Shown here piece after piece: positions 9,380-19,808 of a stretch of 64,000 nucleotides of DNA. The position numbers and the translations under genes were made by a program. How positions within the stretch are numbered: the first letter of the stretch is position 1; every line of letters begins with the position of its first letter. The stretch comes from an uncultured Candidatus Saccharibacteria bacterium. GTDB taxonomy: Bacteria; Patescibacteriota; Doudnabacteria; UBA920. The stretch lies in contig CAZHIA010000002.1 in assembly GCA_964532425.1 (NCBI GenBank), positions 169,798-233,797 of the forward strand. Direction: 5' to 3'. The notes below the pieces were generated by a model that ran no database searches, was not told where the DNA came from, and saw nothing but the letters and a program-made list of their open reading frames with translations.

Positions 9380-10945
9380 ATGGAAACTCCTGTCTCATAC
9401 GCGAAGCACCACAAATACATTTTTGGAACTTTGCTGGTCCTCGTTATTTTGGTGACCGCCATTGGTTCCCGTTTTATGGGTAAGAAGAACCAGCAGGCTG
9501 AGGTCAATCAGCTGTCCACGGTGACGCTGGTCAGCGCTCAGGATTATCTTAAGGATCGCGGACAAATTTCCGCCAATGGAATGGTTGAATCTCTGGAACA
9601 GGCAGAACTGCGCAGCCAGGCTTCCGGTCCGGTCACGAAGATTAATGTCCAAATCGGCCAGCAGGTAAGGAGCGGGCAGGTTTTGGTGACTTTGCAAAAT
9701 AATGACATTAGCGCGCAAATAGCCCAGGCCCAGGCTGTACTGAAGAGCCAACAAGCCCGCCTTGATGAGATGCGCAAAGGTGCTCGGAACGAACAGATTC
9801 TGTTGGAAGAAGCTAAACTGAATGCCGCCAAGCAAGGTCTGACTGATACCAAAGCCCAGCAAGACGTGCTGGTTAAAAGCGCTTACACAAGCTTGCTGAA
9901 TGCCGGGCTTACCGCCAAAGCGGGGAGCGGCAATAGCGGTTCGGGTAACCCGACCGTTTCCGGCAGTTATACCGGCACCCAGCAAGGCGAGTATGTGGTT
10001 ACCCTGTACGCCGCAAATGACGGAATGCATTACAAAGTGACGGGATTAGAGAATTATAGCGGTCTGATCAACTCGACTCCGCAATCGCTTGGTTCCCAGG
10101 GTTTGTTTATCCAGTTTCCCTCCGCCAATTTGAACGCGAACGACACATGGACTATTTCCATCCCGAATACCCAAGCTCCGACTTATACGGCTTTGAATAG
10201 CGCCTATCAGGCAGCGGTACAGGGACGCGAGACTGCGGTCAATGGTGCTCAGAGCGGGTTGAATGCCGAACAGAAAGCCTATGATCTCCTGGTAGCCGGC
10301 GCGACCAATGACCAAATTAGGCAGCAGGAGGCAGCAGTTGACCAGGCCAGTGCGGCAGTTGCCGCGGCATCCGCCCAGTATGACAAGACAGTCATCAAAT
10401 CCCCCATAGACGGCACGGTCGCATCATTGCCGGTCAAGTACGGCGAGCTGGTCAGTCCGGGAGCGCTTGTAGCTTCCGTAGTGAACAAGGGCGGCCAGCA
10501 GGTGAAGGCATACATTAGCGATTATGATCTTCCGTTTGTGGAAGAGGGGGCTGAAGTTGCCATTGGCGATAAGGCCACGGGCACGCTGGCACGCTTGTCC
10601 CCGAGTATTGATCCCCAGACTAAAAATGTCGAGGTACAAGTTGTTGTCACTGATCCGGCTGTAGCTGGTTTGGTCGTGGGTCAGAATGTGGCTTTAAAAA
10701 TTTCAACGAAGCAGTCGAGCGGTTCCGGCCCGGTGTTCTTGCTGCCGCTTCAGGCGGTAAAGGTTTCCGGTGGTGGTGCTTCGGTTTTGACCGTGAAAGA
10801 CGGTTCGATTATTGAAGAGCGCCCGGTGGAGCTTGGCTCTGTTTCCGGCGAGAATGTGGAAGTGAAAAGCGGCCTGACTCCCGATATGCAGATTATCTCG
10901 GCTGTGTATGATCTAAAAGCGGGGCAGAAGGTGAACGTGGAATAG
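9380..10945 (+). CDS. RND efflux periplasmic adaptor (MFP) with an insertion domain
   Basis: N-terminal TM, lipoyl halves (SGPVTKINVQIGQQV; IKSPIDGTV), coiled coil. Confidence 0.9.
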   Translation: METPVSYAKHHKYIFGTLLVLVILVTAIGSRFMGKKNQQAEVNQLSTVTLVSAQDYLKDRGQISANGMVESLEQAELRSQASGPVTKINVQIGQQVRSGQVLVTLQNNDISAQIAQAQAVLKSQQARLDEMRKGARNEQILLEEAKLNAAKQGLTDTKAQQDVLVKSAYTSLLNAGLTAKAGSGNSGSGNPTVSGSYTGTQQGEYVVTLYAANDGMHYKVTGLENYSGLINSTPQSLGSQGLFIQFPSANLNANDTWTISIPNTQAPTYTALNSAYQAAVQGRETAVNGAQSGLNAEQKAYDLLVAGATNDQIRQQEAAVDQASAAVAAASAQYDKTVIKSPIDGTVASLPVKYGELVSPGALVASVVNKGGQQVKAYISDYDLPFVEEGAEVAIGDKATGTLARLSPSIDPQTKNVEVQVVVTDPAVAGLVVGQNVALKISTKQSSGSGPVFLLPLQAVKVSGGGASVLTVKDGSIIEERPVELGSVSGENVEVKSGLTPDMQIISAVYDLKAGQKVNVE

Positions 10946-11098
10946 GAATTGACAAAATTTAAAAAATTGACAAAAATGTTCGGGCAAGAAACTGAAATAC
11001 AATTGTATTTCTACTGTATCTCAACTGTGTTACTACTGTATTCCAACAGTGTTGGCTTGCCAGTTAAGGCATATTAAATCAACTTTACCTTACGTACT

Positions 11099-14000
11099 AT
11101 GTCCGATCCTATTAACCCTTCTACTCCCCGCACCACCGACCAGCGCTACCTCGACCAGCTGGAATTCAAGCCGGAACTCAGAAAGACCTGGTTGAATTTT
11201 TTCGTCTCCAATTTCCGCGTGGTCATTCTCCTTATTATCCTGGTTAGCGGGGCCGGATTATATTCGTTCTTCCGCTTGCCGCGGGAATCCAATCCCGAAG
11301 TGAAGATCCCTATTGCCGTAGTTACGACGGTCTATCCCGGCGCTTCTCCTGCTGACGTGGAAGATTTGGTCACCAAGAAGATCGAAACCCAGGTCTCCGG
11401 CTTGAAGGGTCTCGATAAGATGACCTCGACCTCGGCCAATTCCTATTCGTCCATCGTCGTCGAATTCGACCCGAAGGAAGATTTGAAGGATTCCATCCGC
11501 AGCCTGCGGGACAAGGTGACTGATGCCAAAAAAGATCTTCCCGCGGATGCCAAAGATCCTGTCGTGACCGAAATCTCGCTGGATGACCAGCCGATTGAAA
11601 CCCTCGTCCTGACCGGGCCGTACGACGGTTTTACCATGCGCAAGTACGGCGAAGACCTTAAGGATGAACTGGAGAAAATCCCGGGCGTGCGCGAAGTTAA
11701 CATCTCCGGCGGCGACGAGAAGGAATTTCAGATCGCATATGATCCTGCCAAGTTGTTGTTTTACGGCATTTCCGCAGACCAGGCTAATCAGGCCGTTGCC
11801 GCCACCAATCTCGGCATACCTTCTGGCAACTTTGACGGCACAAAGTTCGTCTATCCTATCCGCACTGACTCGAAAGTCTATACTGCAGAGAGTATCGGCA
11901 ACATTGCCGTGTCCCATACCCAGGATGGGAGCGTGGTAACCGTGCGCGATCTGGGCCAGGTCAAAGAAACCTCCATCAAAAAAACCGTGTTGTCCCGCCT
12001 TTCCATTTTAGGTGACAAGCCGCAATCGGCCGTGACGCTGTCTATTGTCAAGCGCACCGGCAGTTCCATTTTGGACACTGCGGACAAAGCCAAACTGACC
12101 GCAGACAGCATGATCAAAACGTTTGCACCCGGCGTAAAGTACGATCTTACTTTCGATTCGGCCAAATTTGTCCGCGAGGATTTTAACCAGCTCACGCATG
12201 ACTTTATTCTGACCCTGTTGCTGGTCTTCGGCATATTGTTCCTTATTGTCGGACTCAAGGAGGCGTTTGTGGCCGGCCTTGCCATTCCGCTGACGTTCTT
12301 CATTAGTTTTACCGCGCTCGACATAATTGGTATTTCTTTAAACTTCCTTTCGCTATTCTCCTTGATTCTGGCTTTAGGTTTGTTGGTGGACGATGCCATT
12401 GTGGTCGTATCCGCTACCAAGCAGTACCTGCGGACTGGCAAGTACACGCCGGAAGAGGCGGTACTGCTGGTGCTCCATGATTTTAAAGTGGTACTGACCA
12501 CGACCACCCTGACCACGGTCTGGGCATTTTTGCCCCTGCTCTACTCTTCGGGCATTATGGGCGAGTACATCAAATCTATCCCGATTACCGTTTCCATAAC
12601 GCTCATCGGCTCGCTGCTTGTAGCTCTCATGATTAACCACCCGCTGGCTGCAGTGCTTGAACGGCTTCGCCTGACGCGGCGCTTTTTCTGGCTCCTGGAA
12701 GTGCTCATACTTATTATTGCCGGTATTTCCTTCATTGTTGGCGGCTGGGCCGGTTATCTCATTGGTGCTCTGTTGGTGGCGACTGAAATTTGGACTCTGG
12801 TCTGGTACGAGCGCGGGGGACATGCGGTGCTTATAGAGCATGAACAGTTATCCGAAAAAGAGTGGGAGAGCGACGAAGCGGTCAAACAGAAACTGCGCGA
12901 GCAGGCTAGCCACGAGAATCCTTCGCTGTCGAGCCGGCTCATGCATGGTATTATCCGCTTTGATCGGTTCCTGCCCATTTACGAAAAATACTTGCGCGCC
13001 GTTATTACGACCAAACAGCAGCGCCGAAGGCTCTACGTCGCAATAACGCTCCTGTTCCTTGTAGCCGTAGCCATGCCGGTCACCGGCATTGTTCAAAGCG
13101 AGTTCTTCCCGCCGTCTGATTCTGACTATGTCTACCTTGATATTCGCATGCCGGTCGGACAGAAACTGGAAGAGACCGACAAAATAGTAACACAGGTGGA
13201 AGAGAAATTGCTTCACTATCCGGAGATCGCCAATTTTTCCACGCTGGTCGGCCAGCCAAGCCCCCTCTCCGAAAGCAGCCGTGCCCAGACGAACCTAGCG
13301 TCCATTACCATTACACTGAAGGATAAGAAGATTAGAAAAGTAAAATCTTACGACTTTGCCGACCGCTTGCGTAACGAGGTCACTGACGTTGACGGCGCGG
13401 CTATTACCGTGTCTGCCCCGACCGGGGGGCCGCCGTCAGGCAGCGCATTCGAAGCACGCATCAAGGGCGATGACCTGAACAAGCTCAGTCAAATCGCTTA
13501 TGACTTGGAACCGAAGCTAACTTCCATCCCGGGCGTGATCAATGCCGATATTTCCCTCAAGGATAGCGCACCGGAATACACCTTCACCTTGGATCCTATC
13601 AAGCTGGAGCAGAATTCTTTGAATGCCGCGTACGTCGGTTCCACCCTGCGCATGGCTATTGCCGGTACGGATGTTTCCACCGTGCTCATTAACGGCAAAG
13701 AGGTGAAGATTGTCGCCCAGTTCGCGGACAACCAGCTACCAAGCTTGGAAGATGTGCAGAATTTGCAAATCCTGAACTTGCGCAAGCAGCCGGTCTTTTT
13801 GAAGGACGTAGCTCAGATAGATCTGAAGCCTTCCGTGGACAGCATTACCCGCATTGACCAGAAACGAACGGTGCTGCTGTCGGCCGGCGCCAACTCACAG
13901 ACAAACTCTAACATTATTCTGGCGCAGTTCAAGAAAAACATCGCGAACTACCAGCTGCCGGCAGGTTACAGCATTGTCTATGGCGGACAGAACGAACAGA

Positions 14001-14500
14001 ATCAGGAATCCGTAACCTCCATCATTGTGGCTATGATCATTGCCATGGTCCTCATTGTGGCCACCCTCGTCATCCAGTTCAACTCGTTCCGCAAAGCCTT
14101 CATTGTGCTCGTGACCATTCCGCTGGCATTAATCGGCGTATTTCTGGGCATGGCCATGCTGAACGTGCACTTAAGCTTCCCAGGCCTGATTGGTATTTTG
14201 GCCCTGTTCGGTATTGTGGTAAAGAATGCCATCATTCTCGTGGACAAGATCAACCTGAACTTGAAGAGCGGCATTGCATTTATGGATGCCGTAGTGGATG
14301 CGGGTAAGTCCCGGCTTGAGGCAATCTTCATTACTTCCATTTGTACCATTTTCGGCATTCTGCCGGTGACGCTCTCTAACGATCTTTGGCGGGCATTGGG
14401 TAGCGCGGTCATTTTTGGACTCATGCTGTCCTCGTTCCTGACACTCTTTATGGTGCCGACCCTGTTCGTGACACTGATTGGGGAGAAGGAGAGGTTTTAG
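11099..14500 (+). CDS. RND efflux permease (AcrB/AcrD/AcrF family)
   Basis: LGLLVDDAIVV, GIVVKNAIILVD, SRLEAIFITS; two TM blocks. Confidence 0.95.
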   Translation: MSDPINPSTPRTTDQRYLDQLEFKPELRKTWLNFFVSNFRVVILLIILVSGAGLYSFFRLPRESNPEVKIPIAVVTTVYPGASPADVEDLVTKKIETQVSGLKGLDKMTSTSANSYSSIVVEFDPKEDLKDSIRSLRDKVTDAKKDLPADAKDPVVTEISLDDQPIETLVLTGPYDGFTMRKYGEDLKDELEKIPGVREVNISGGDEKEFQIAYDPAKLLFYGISADQANQAVAATNLGIPSGNFDGTKFVYPIRTDSKVYTAESIGNIAVSHTQDGSVVTVRDLGQVKETSIKKTVLSRLSILGDKPQSAVTLSIVKRTGSSILDTADKAKLTADSMIKTFAPGVKYDLTFDSAKFVREDFNQLTHDFILTLLLVFGILFLIVGLKEAFVAGLAIPLTFFISFTALDIIGISLNFLSLFSLILALGLLVDDAIVVVSATKQYLRTGKYTPEEAVLLVLHDFKVVLTTTTLTTVWAFLPLLYSSGIMGEYIKSIPITVSITLIGSLLVALMINHPLAAVLERLRLTRRFFWLLEVLILIIAGISFIVGGWAGYLIGALLVATEIWTLVWYERGGHAVLIEHEQLSEKEWESDEAVKQKLREQASHENPSLSSRLMHGIIRFDRFLPIYEKYLRAVITTKQQRRRLYVAITLLFLVAVAMPVTGIVQSEFFPPSDSDYVYLDIRMPVGQKLEETDKIVTQVEEKLLHYPEIANFSTLVGQPSPLSESSRAQTNLASITITLKDKKIRKVKSYDFADRLRNEVTDVDGAAITVSAPTGGPPSGSAFEARIKGDDLNKLSQIAYDLEPKLTSIPGVINADISLKDSAPEYTFTLDPIKLEQNSLNAAYVGSTLRMAIAGTDVSTVLINGKEVKIVAQFADNQLPSLEDVQNLQILNLRKQPVFLKDVAQIDLKPSVDSITRIDQKRTVLLSAGANSQTNSNIILAQFKKNIANYQLPAGYSIVYGGQNEQNQESVTSIIVAMIIAMVLIVATLVIQFNSFRKAFIVLVTIPLALIGVFLGMAMLNVHLSFPGLIGILALFGIVVKNAIILVDKINLNLKSGIAFMDAVVDAGKSRLEAIFITSICTIFGILPVTLSNDLWRALGSAVIFGLMLSSFLTLFMVPTLFVTLIGEKERF

Positions 14501-14579
14501 GGGAACAATTGACACTTGACCTTTGACCATTAACAGCTGACAAGGGCAAATTGTCAGTGGATGAGTTCATGTAAGAGGT

Positions 14580-14633
14580 GTAGGGAACGGCTCGCTTCGC
14601 TTCACGGGCGAAGCGGGTTTAAAACCGTTCCCT
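14580..14633. repeat. GTAG REP-like palindrome with a second palindrome nested inside
   Basis: GTAGGGAACGG...CCGTTCCCT enclosing CTCGCTTCGC..GCGAAGCGGG. Confidence 0.65.
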
Positions 14634-14715
14634 GAGAGACTGGATCGATGTCTGGATGCACGTTTGGCATCAAAATAAAAACCTTCCCGTTGCGGGAAGG
14701 TTTTTTTGTATGAAG

Positions 14716-15309
14716 TTAGGCGCGGGAGGGGGATTGGGCGAGGAGATTGTTCTTGACCATCCAAATGGCCAAATAGCCGGCCAAGGGCAGACCCCATACG
14801 GGCCACAGGCCGAGCAGGCCTAACAGGAGCCAAGCGTCTTTTTTGGTAAAAAGGTAACCGGAGACGCCGAGATAGATCATCCAAACGATCATATCAACAA
14901 AGTTCGGAACAAATGACTGGTTGCTGTTCCAATTGTTAAGCCATAAGTAGAGGGAGAGGCCAGCCAGGATCCAAAATCCGGCATTGAACTTTCGCCAGAG
15001 GGCTTCGGCGTGGTGGGTGGGGGAGGGGTGTCTGAGGCGGAAGCTGATCGAGCCGAGCCAGAGCAGGCCGAAGAAAATTATCAGGAGGTTGATGAAAGCG
15101 GGCAGTACGTCGAACGCGAAGAAATTCCAGGAAAAGTTGTTTCCAATGGCAACGCTCCACGGTGCTCCCAGGATACGAAGGCCGAAGTCCGCCATTTGCA
15201 CATTTTGGTGGAGAATGAAGTCGCGGAACACGAAGATGTAAATGGCAAGATAGATGATCGCAGCCGCCGCGGCTACGGGCACTGCAGGGATATGTTTTTG
15301 TTTCGACAT
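14716..15309 (-). CDS. Hypothetical membrane protein
   Basis: About 5 hydrophobic segments; terminator-like hairpin downstream. Confidence 0.65.
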   Translation of the reverse strand: MSKQKHIPAVPVAAAAAIIYLAIYIFVFRDFILHQNVQMADFGLRILGAPWSVAIGNNFSWNFFAFDVLPAFINLLIIFFGLLWLGSISFRLRHPSPTHHAEALWRKFNAGFWILAGLSLYLWLNNWNSNQSFVPNFVDMIVWMIYLGVSGYLFTKKDAWLLLGLLGLWPVWGLPLAGYLAIWMVKNNLLAQSPSRA

Positions 15310-15386
15310 AGTTTTTGCTTGTTTGATTTTACTGTACCATGTTTTGCGTGAGTATGCAATCTTGTATATTTGTCAAAGTATCTCAA

Positions 15387-15446
15387 TGTAGCGTGCCGAT
15401 TCATCGGCCATATGGACCAACCGGCCCATAAATGGGCACGCTACAG
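15387..15446. repeat. REP doublet (REPIN-like)
   Basis: TGTAGCGTGCC...GGCACGCTACA inverted ends. Confidence 0.6.
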
Positions 15447-15526
15447 AATCAATAGAGACGTAGTGACTCTTGACTAAAGCAGCAATTTATAGTATCCTAT
15501 ATTTTCAACTTAAGGAGGAAACAACA

Positions 15527-16651
15527 ATGCAGAAGGAGAAAGCGGTGTCGAGCCTTAAGGATCTGGCGGCATTGCTGGGCCGGCAAGGGATTACCGACCG
15601 GAAAAAGTATAGCGAATGGAGCAAAAGGCACGTGCCGGATCTGGAAGACTTGCTGTGGTACCGGCAGGAATCTGGCATGCCGGCAGTTAATACGCTTGTC
15701 AAACCGGCATTCCATCCGAAGCTGCCACTCATGTTGTTCAATTACACGAACGTAGCTCATAACACACTCCACGGTTTTCCGAGCGGCTGGACCGACCCGA
15801 TCCGGCTGTGCCGCGGTATAGTATTTGATCTCTCAGGAAATCTCGTGGCCTTGCCCTTCCCCAAGTTCTTCAACTTCGGGGAGCACGAAGAAACCAAGAA
15901 TCTGCCGGATGAACCTTTCGAGGCAACGGCCAAGTTTGACGGGCATTTGGGCGTCATTTTCGAATACGATGGCCAGTTGCTTCTGACTACGCGGGTCATG
16001 TTCGACGGCCCGACCGGACAGCTCGGTAATGTTATGCTGAACCGGTACGCCGAAAAGTACGGCTGGCAAAAGTCGTACCCGGGCAACGTGACCGTGTGCG
16101 CCGAGATTGTCCATCCCAATACTCATGTGCTGACCGATTATGGCCAGCGCGAAGAACTGGTGGCGATTGGTGCGTTCGACCGGACGACACTGGACGATTA
16201 TTGCCACTGCCGCCTTGGCGATCTTGCCGACCAACTGCAGCTGTCTGCTGCCGATGTCTGGCCGGGGGAGAACGTGGCAGACCTAGTGGAATACATGCGC
16301 GATGATACGGTGACCAACCGGGAGGGGTTCGTGGCCCGGTTCCAGAGCGGCTTGCGGGTCAAGTTCAAGTTCAAAACATACATAGGGAAGATGGTGGCTC
16401 AAAAATTGAGCTATCCCTACTTGATGAACCGTTTTCGAACAGGTAACCTGCGGCGCATGCTGGATACGCTGCCCGAAGAGGTTATGCCCGAAGCCCTGCA
16501 GATGCTCGGACAGATTATGCTCTGTGTGAGCGACGGTGATACGCCTCAGCAGCGGTGGCGCAACCTGTACCCATTGGTGGAAGCCGGTAACTCCTACCAA
16601 CAAGGCGTCTGTCGCGACTTCGTGAAGTCCTTATCTGCAAGTGCCAAGTAA
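15527..16651 (+). CDS. T4 Rnl1-like RNA ligase
   Basis: CRGIVFD, PFPKFFNFGE, motif I AKFDG, EIV, EGFV, KFK; SD AAGGAGG; TTGACT-17-TATCCT promoter. Confidence 0.85.
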   Translation: MQKEKAVSSLKDLAALLGRQGITDRKKYSEWSKRHVPDLEDLLWYRQESGMPAVNTLVKPAFHPKLPLMLFNYTNVAHNTLHGFPSGWTDPIRLCRGIVFDLSGNLVALPFPKFFNFGEHEETKNLPDEPFEATAKFDGHLGVIFEYDGQLLLTTRVMFDGPTGQLGNVMLNRYAEKYGWQKSYPGNVTVCAEIVHPNTHVLTDYGQREELVAIGAFDRTTLDDYCHCRLGDLADQLQLSAADVWPGENVADLVEYMRDDTVTNREGFVARFQSGLRVKFKFKTYIGKMVAQKLSYPYLMNRFRTGNLRRMLDTLPEEVMPEALQMLGQIMLCVSDGDTPQQRWRNLYPLVEAGNSYQQGVCRDFVKSLSASAK

Positions 16652-16732
16652 TCATAAACCGCCCCACTCTTTATTCGTAAAGGGGGGCGGTTTTACTATT
16701 TCGCTATTTCACTCTTCGCTAATCGCTACTTG

Positions 16733-16960
16733 TTACATTGCCGGCTGTACCGGCTGCGCAGCGGTAACCGGCTTGCGGTTGTAGGTAAATGCTTCCCAAA
16801 TGGCAGACAAGCCGACCAGAATATAGACGATCTTCGGGAGCACATCGGTCATGTGCATGCCAAGCATCGTAAATAGGTCTTTATTGAACAGTCCGACGAG
16901 CAGCCAGTTCAATCCTCCAATGACCAGGAGAATAAAAGCAATGATGTGTAAGGCTTTCAT
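16733..16960 (-). CDS. DUF378 family small membrane protein
   Basis: LLVIGGLNWLLVGLF...IVYILVGLSA. Confidence 0.85.
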   Translation of the reverse strand: MKALHIIAFILLVIGGLNWLLVGLFNKDLFTMLGMHMTDVLPKIVYILVGLSAIWEAFTYNRKPVTAAQPVQPAM

Positions 16961-17217
16961 TATACTCACCCCCTTTCGGAAAAGATGGGTTATTTGATGT
17001 AGTCGTGAGAAAGCGATGTAAGTAACCTTTGGCGTGTAAAAGGAAATTGATTGTTTGTTGGTGAGTTTCCAATTTCTAATCCGCCAGCTGGCGGACCAAT
17101 TTCCAATAGGACATACAACACTTGGCTGTAGTGCAGGCCCGCTTGGCCTCCGAAGTTTTAACGAAGGAGGGTAGCTTGCCGTGTCACAGGTCAATGGTTA
17201 AGTGTCAATTGTTGCAC

Positions 17218-19638
17218 CTATTTGTTCAGTTCCGCCATGGTGAGGGGTCCCATGGTACCGGTCACCCGGATTTTGTGCAGTTTCTGGTACGCTTTGACTG
17301 CTGCCATGGTCTGGCCTCCAAACTTGCCAGTCACGGGTCCTTTATAAATTCCTTCCTCGGTCAGGCGTTTTTGCAGTTCAGTTACGTCGTTGTTGAGATC
17401 GCCGAGCGCCAGCTGTTTGGTAAACTTGAATTTCGTGTTGGTCGGCGTAGTCGGCATGGTCACGGTACCCGTAGAGGGAGGTGGGGTGGCCGGGGAGGTG
17501 ACGGTAATAGCCAGGGTTGCACATTGCCCGCCGCTTTGGCAGATGGATGCGCTGGTTGAACCGGCTGAAAGCGCCATAATGGTGACTGCACTGCCGATAA
17601 TTTGTACCGAGGCGACGCTCGGATTGCTGTTACCCGACAAATAGTAACCGCCGTTGCCGGAAGCGGTCACGGTCTGGGAGAGTCCCGAGGTCAGGGTCAT
17701 GCTGGCCTGGCTCAAAGTGAGGGGAGTAGCGCTGCTGGTGGTTCCCGGATTGACGGTTACGGTCAGCGGCTTGCAGCTACTGGTAGACGCGCAGACCACA
17801 ATTGTGGCCGTGCCACTGGCCTGTCCTGCCAAGGTGAGGGTGGTGCCGTTCATGGTTGGGACAACCGCCGAAGGATTCGAATTAGCTGCCACATAGTAAC
17901 TATTGCCGGTTCCTCCCGAAACTGCAACTGTCATGGTCTGGCCGCCATTGAGCGTAGGATTGCTCTGGCTAAAAGCTGGCAGAGCGGTGGTTGTGGAATT
18001 GTTAGAAACGGAAATGAATAGGATGGCACACTGTCCGCCGCTTTGACAGATGGAGACATTCGTTGTTCCTACCGACAGCGCGCTAATAATGGCAATGCTG
18101 CCTGTAATTTGGATAGAAGCAATGTTTTGATTGGTGCTGTTGGAAACGTAGTAGCCGCCCGCCCCGGACATGGTTATTGCCGTAGCCGCTCCCGTATTGA
18201 GCGTGACATTATTCTGACTGAAGGCGATTGGCGTGCCGGAACCGGACGCGTTTACGGTCACGGCTAGCGCGGAACACGCACCGCCGGCTGAACAGACATT
18301 AATGGTGGTGGAACCGACATTAATGCCGGAGACGGTCACAATGTTTCCGTTAATGCTAGACTGGGCAATGTTGGCAGAACCGCTGGCGGCCACCACGCTG
18401 TAAGGAGTGGTGCCACCAGACACGGTCACGCTTAAGACCTGGCCGGCTAGCAGGGAAATGCTGCTTTGGCTTAATGCCAGCGGCCCGCCGGTGGAAGTGT
18501 AGCTGACCGTGGCAGTAAGCCAGCCGCAGTTTGCCGAAGATGAACAGACGGTAATGGTTGCGGATCCGTTGCTATTTCCGTATAGGTTCAGGCTGCTGCC
18601 GGAGACCGTGGCTTGGACGGAGTTGGCATTGGAGTTAGCGGAAACATAGTACGAACCGTTCGATCCGCCGGAGAGTGCAATGGCCAGGTTTTGGCCGATG
18701 GTCAGGCTGGGATTGTTCTGGCTGAATGTCACCGTGGATGTGCTGGTGCTACTGATAGTGGCATTAATGATGCCGCAGGAGCTCATGTTGGAAGAACAGA
18801 CCGTAATGGCGGAAGTTGCCCCGCTGCTGCCGTTGGCGGTGAGCGTGATGGTCGAGCCTGAAATGCTGGTCTGGACAGCGGCTGAGTTGGAATTATTCAG
18901 GACCGAGTAGGTACCGTTCCCCCCGGAAATGGTAATGGGTACGCTTTGGCTCGTGCCGAGCGTGACGCTGCTCATACTGAAGGTTAGCGGGGTGGAAGCG
19001 GTGCTGCTGACAGTCACATAGATGCTGGCGCAATTGGCCGGATTCGTCGTGCCTACGGCAGTCGTGCTGGCGGGAATGCAGACCGTGGCTACGGTGGATC
19101 CGTAGCTGAGGCCGATGACCGTGATTTGGTTGCCGCTAATGTTGATGTTAGCGATCGGGGGATTAGAGCTATTGGACAGGTAGAGGGAATTGGCAGGGAC
19201 GTTTAAGGCAGTTAAGCTCACTGACTGGCCGACCGTGACCGAAACAGCGGTTTGACTGAGCGTAAACGAACCGCTGGCAGCGGTTGTGGTATCCGGCCAG
19301 ACTGCGGCGGCAGATGTCTGGCCGCCGACGCTGACCGTGATTGAGCTGCCGGCTGTAATGCCGTAGTTAGCAGTCCCAATAGTGGTCGTGTAGTTGCCGC
19401 TGGCATTCGTAGTCCCGAGGTAGGACATAGCCTGTCCGGTGCCGAGCTTGTTGTATGACAAAATGACTCCGGAATTGGCATCGCCATTGACCGTAATATC
19501 GACCGAATCAGAAGTCCCCGAGCGGGACAGCGACAGGGTCGGGGTCGCAGCCGAGGCGGAAGGAGTAAACACAAAAGTCGTTGCCGTGACCATCATCAAA
19601 GCAGCGGCCAAGAGAAGCAGGTTGTATGTTTTTTTCAT
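17218..19638 (-). CDS. Secreted S/T-rich repeat protein (Ig-like repeats) with C-terminal peptidoglycan-binding domain
   Basis: Signal peptide; about 7 repeats of ~85 aa, each with a Cys pair; DVTELQKRL..TGKFGGQTMAAVKAYQ..TGTMGPLT. Confidence 0.85.
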   Translation of the reverse strand: MKKTYNLLLLAAALMMVTATTFVFTPSASAATPTLSLSRSGTSDSVDITVNGDANSGVILSYNKLGTGQAMSYLGTTNASGNYTTTIGTANYGITAGSSITVSVGGQTSAAAVWPDTTTAASGSFTLSQTAVSVTVGQSVSLTALNVPANSLYLSNSSNPPIANINISGNQITVIGLSYGSTVATVCIPASTTAVGTTNPANCASIYVTVSSTASTPLTFSMSSVTLGTSQSVPITISGGNGTYSVLNNSNSAAVQTSISGSTITLTANGSSGATSAITVCSSNMSSCGIINATISSTSTSTVTFSQNNPSLTIGQNLAIALSGGSNGSYYVSANSNANSVQATVSGSSLNLYGNSNGSATITVCSSSANCGWLTATVSYTSTGGPLALSQSSISLLAGQVLSVTVSGGTTPYSVVAASGSANIAQSSINGNIVTVSGINVGSTTINVCSAGGACSALAVTVNASGSGTPIAFSQNNVTLNTGAATAITMSGAGGYYVSNSTNQNIASIQITGSIAIISALSVGTTNVSICQSGGQCAILFISVSNNSTTTALPAFSQSNPTLNGGQTMTVAVSGGTGNSYYVAANSNPSAVVPTMNGTTLTLAGQASGTATIVVCASTSSCKPLTVTVNPGTTSSATPLTLSQASMTLTSGLSQTVTASGNGGYYLSGNSNPSVASVQIIGSAVTIMALSAGSTSASICQSGGQCATLAITVTSPATPPPSTGTVTMPTTPTNTKFKFTKQLALGDLNNDVTELQKRLTEEGIYKGPVTGKFGGQTMAAVKAYQKLHKIRVTGTMGPLTMAELNK

Positions 19639-19808
19639 GGCTGTATTTGTTGATATTTATGAATTAATTATACCACCAATGAACCGTAAAATAAAGGAAA
19701 TCTTCCGTCCCGACAATTGGTGCGGCCGCTTAACAGTCACCATCAAGCGACAATGTAAAAAAGCGCCGGAAGCAGTTCCGGCGCTGGGATGGATTGGCCA
19801 GGAGGAAG

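Noticed and set aside
10946-11060. 11-bp ACTGTAT-like tandem repeats between the MFP and RND genes
   Set aside because: This is a degenerate simple repeat of the kind scattered through the window, with no evidence for operator function.
610-14530. Many antisense or overlapping ORFs inside long genes
   Set aside because: These are shadow ORFs opposite well-supported CDSs.
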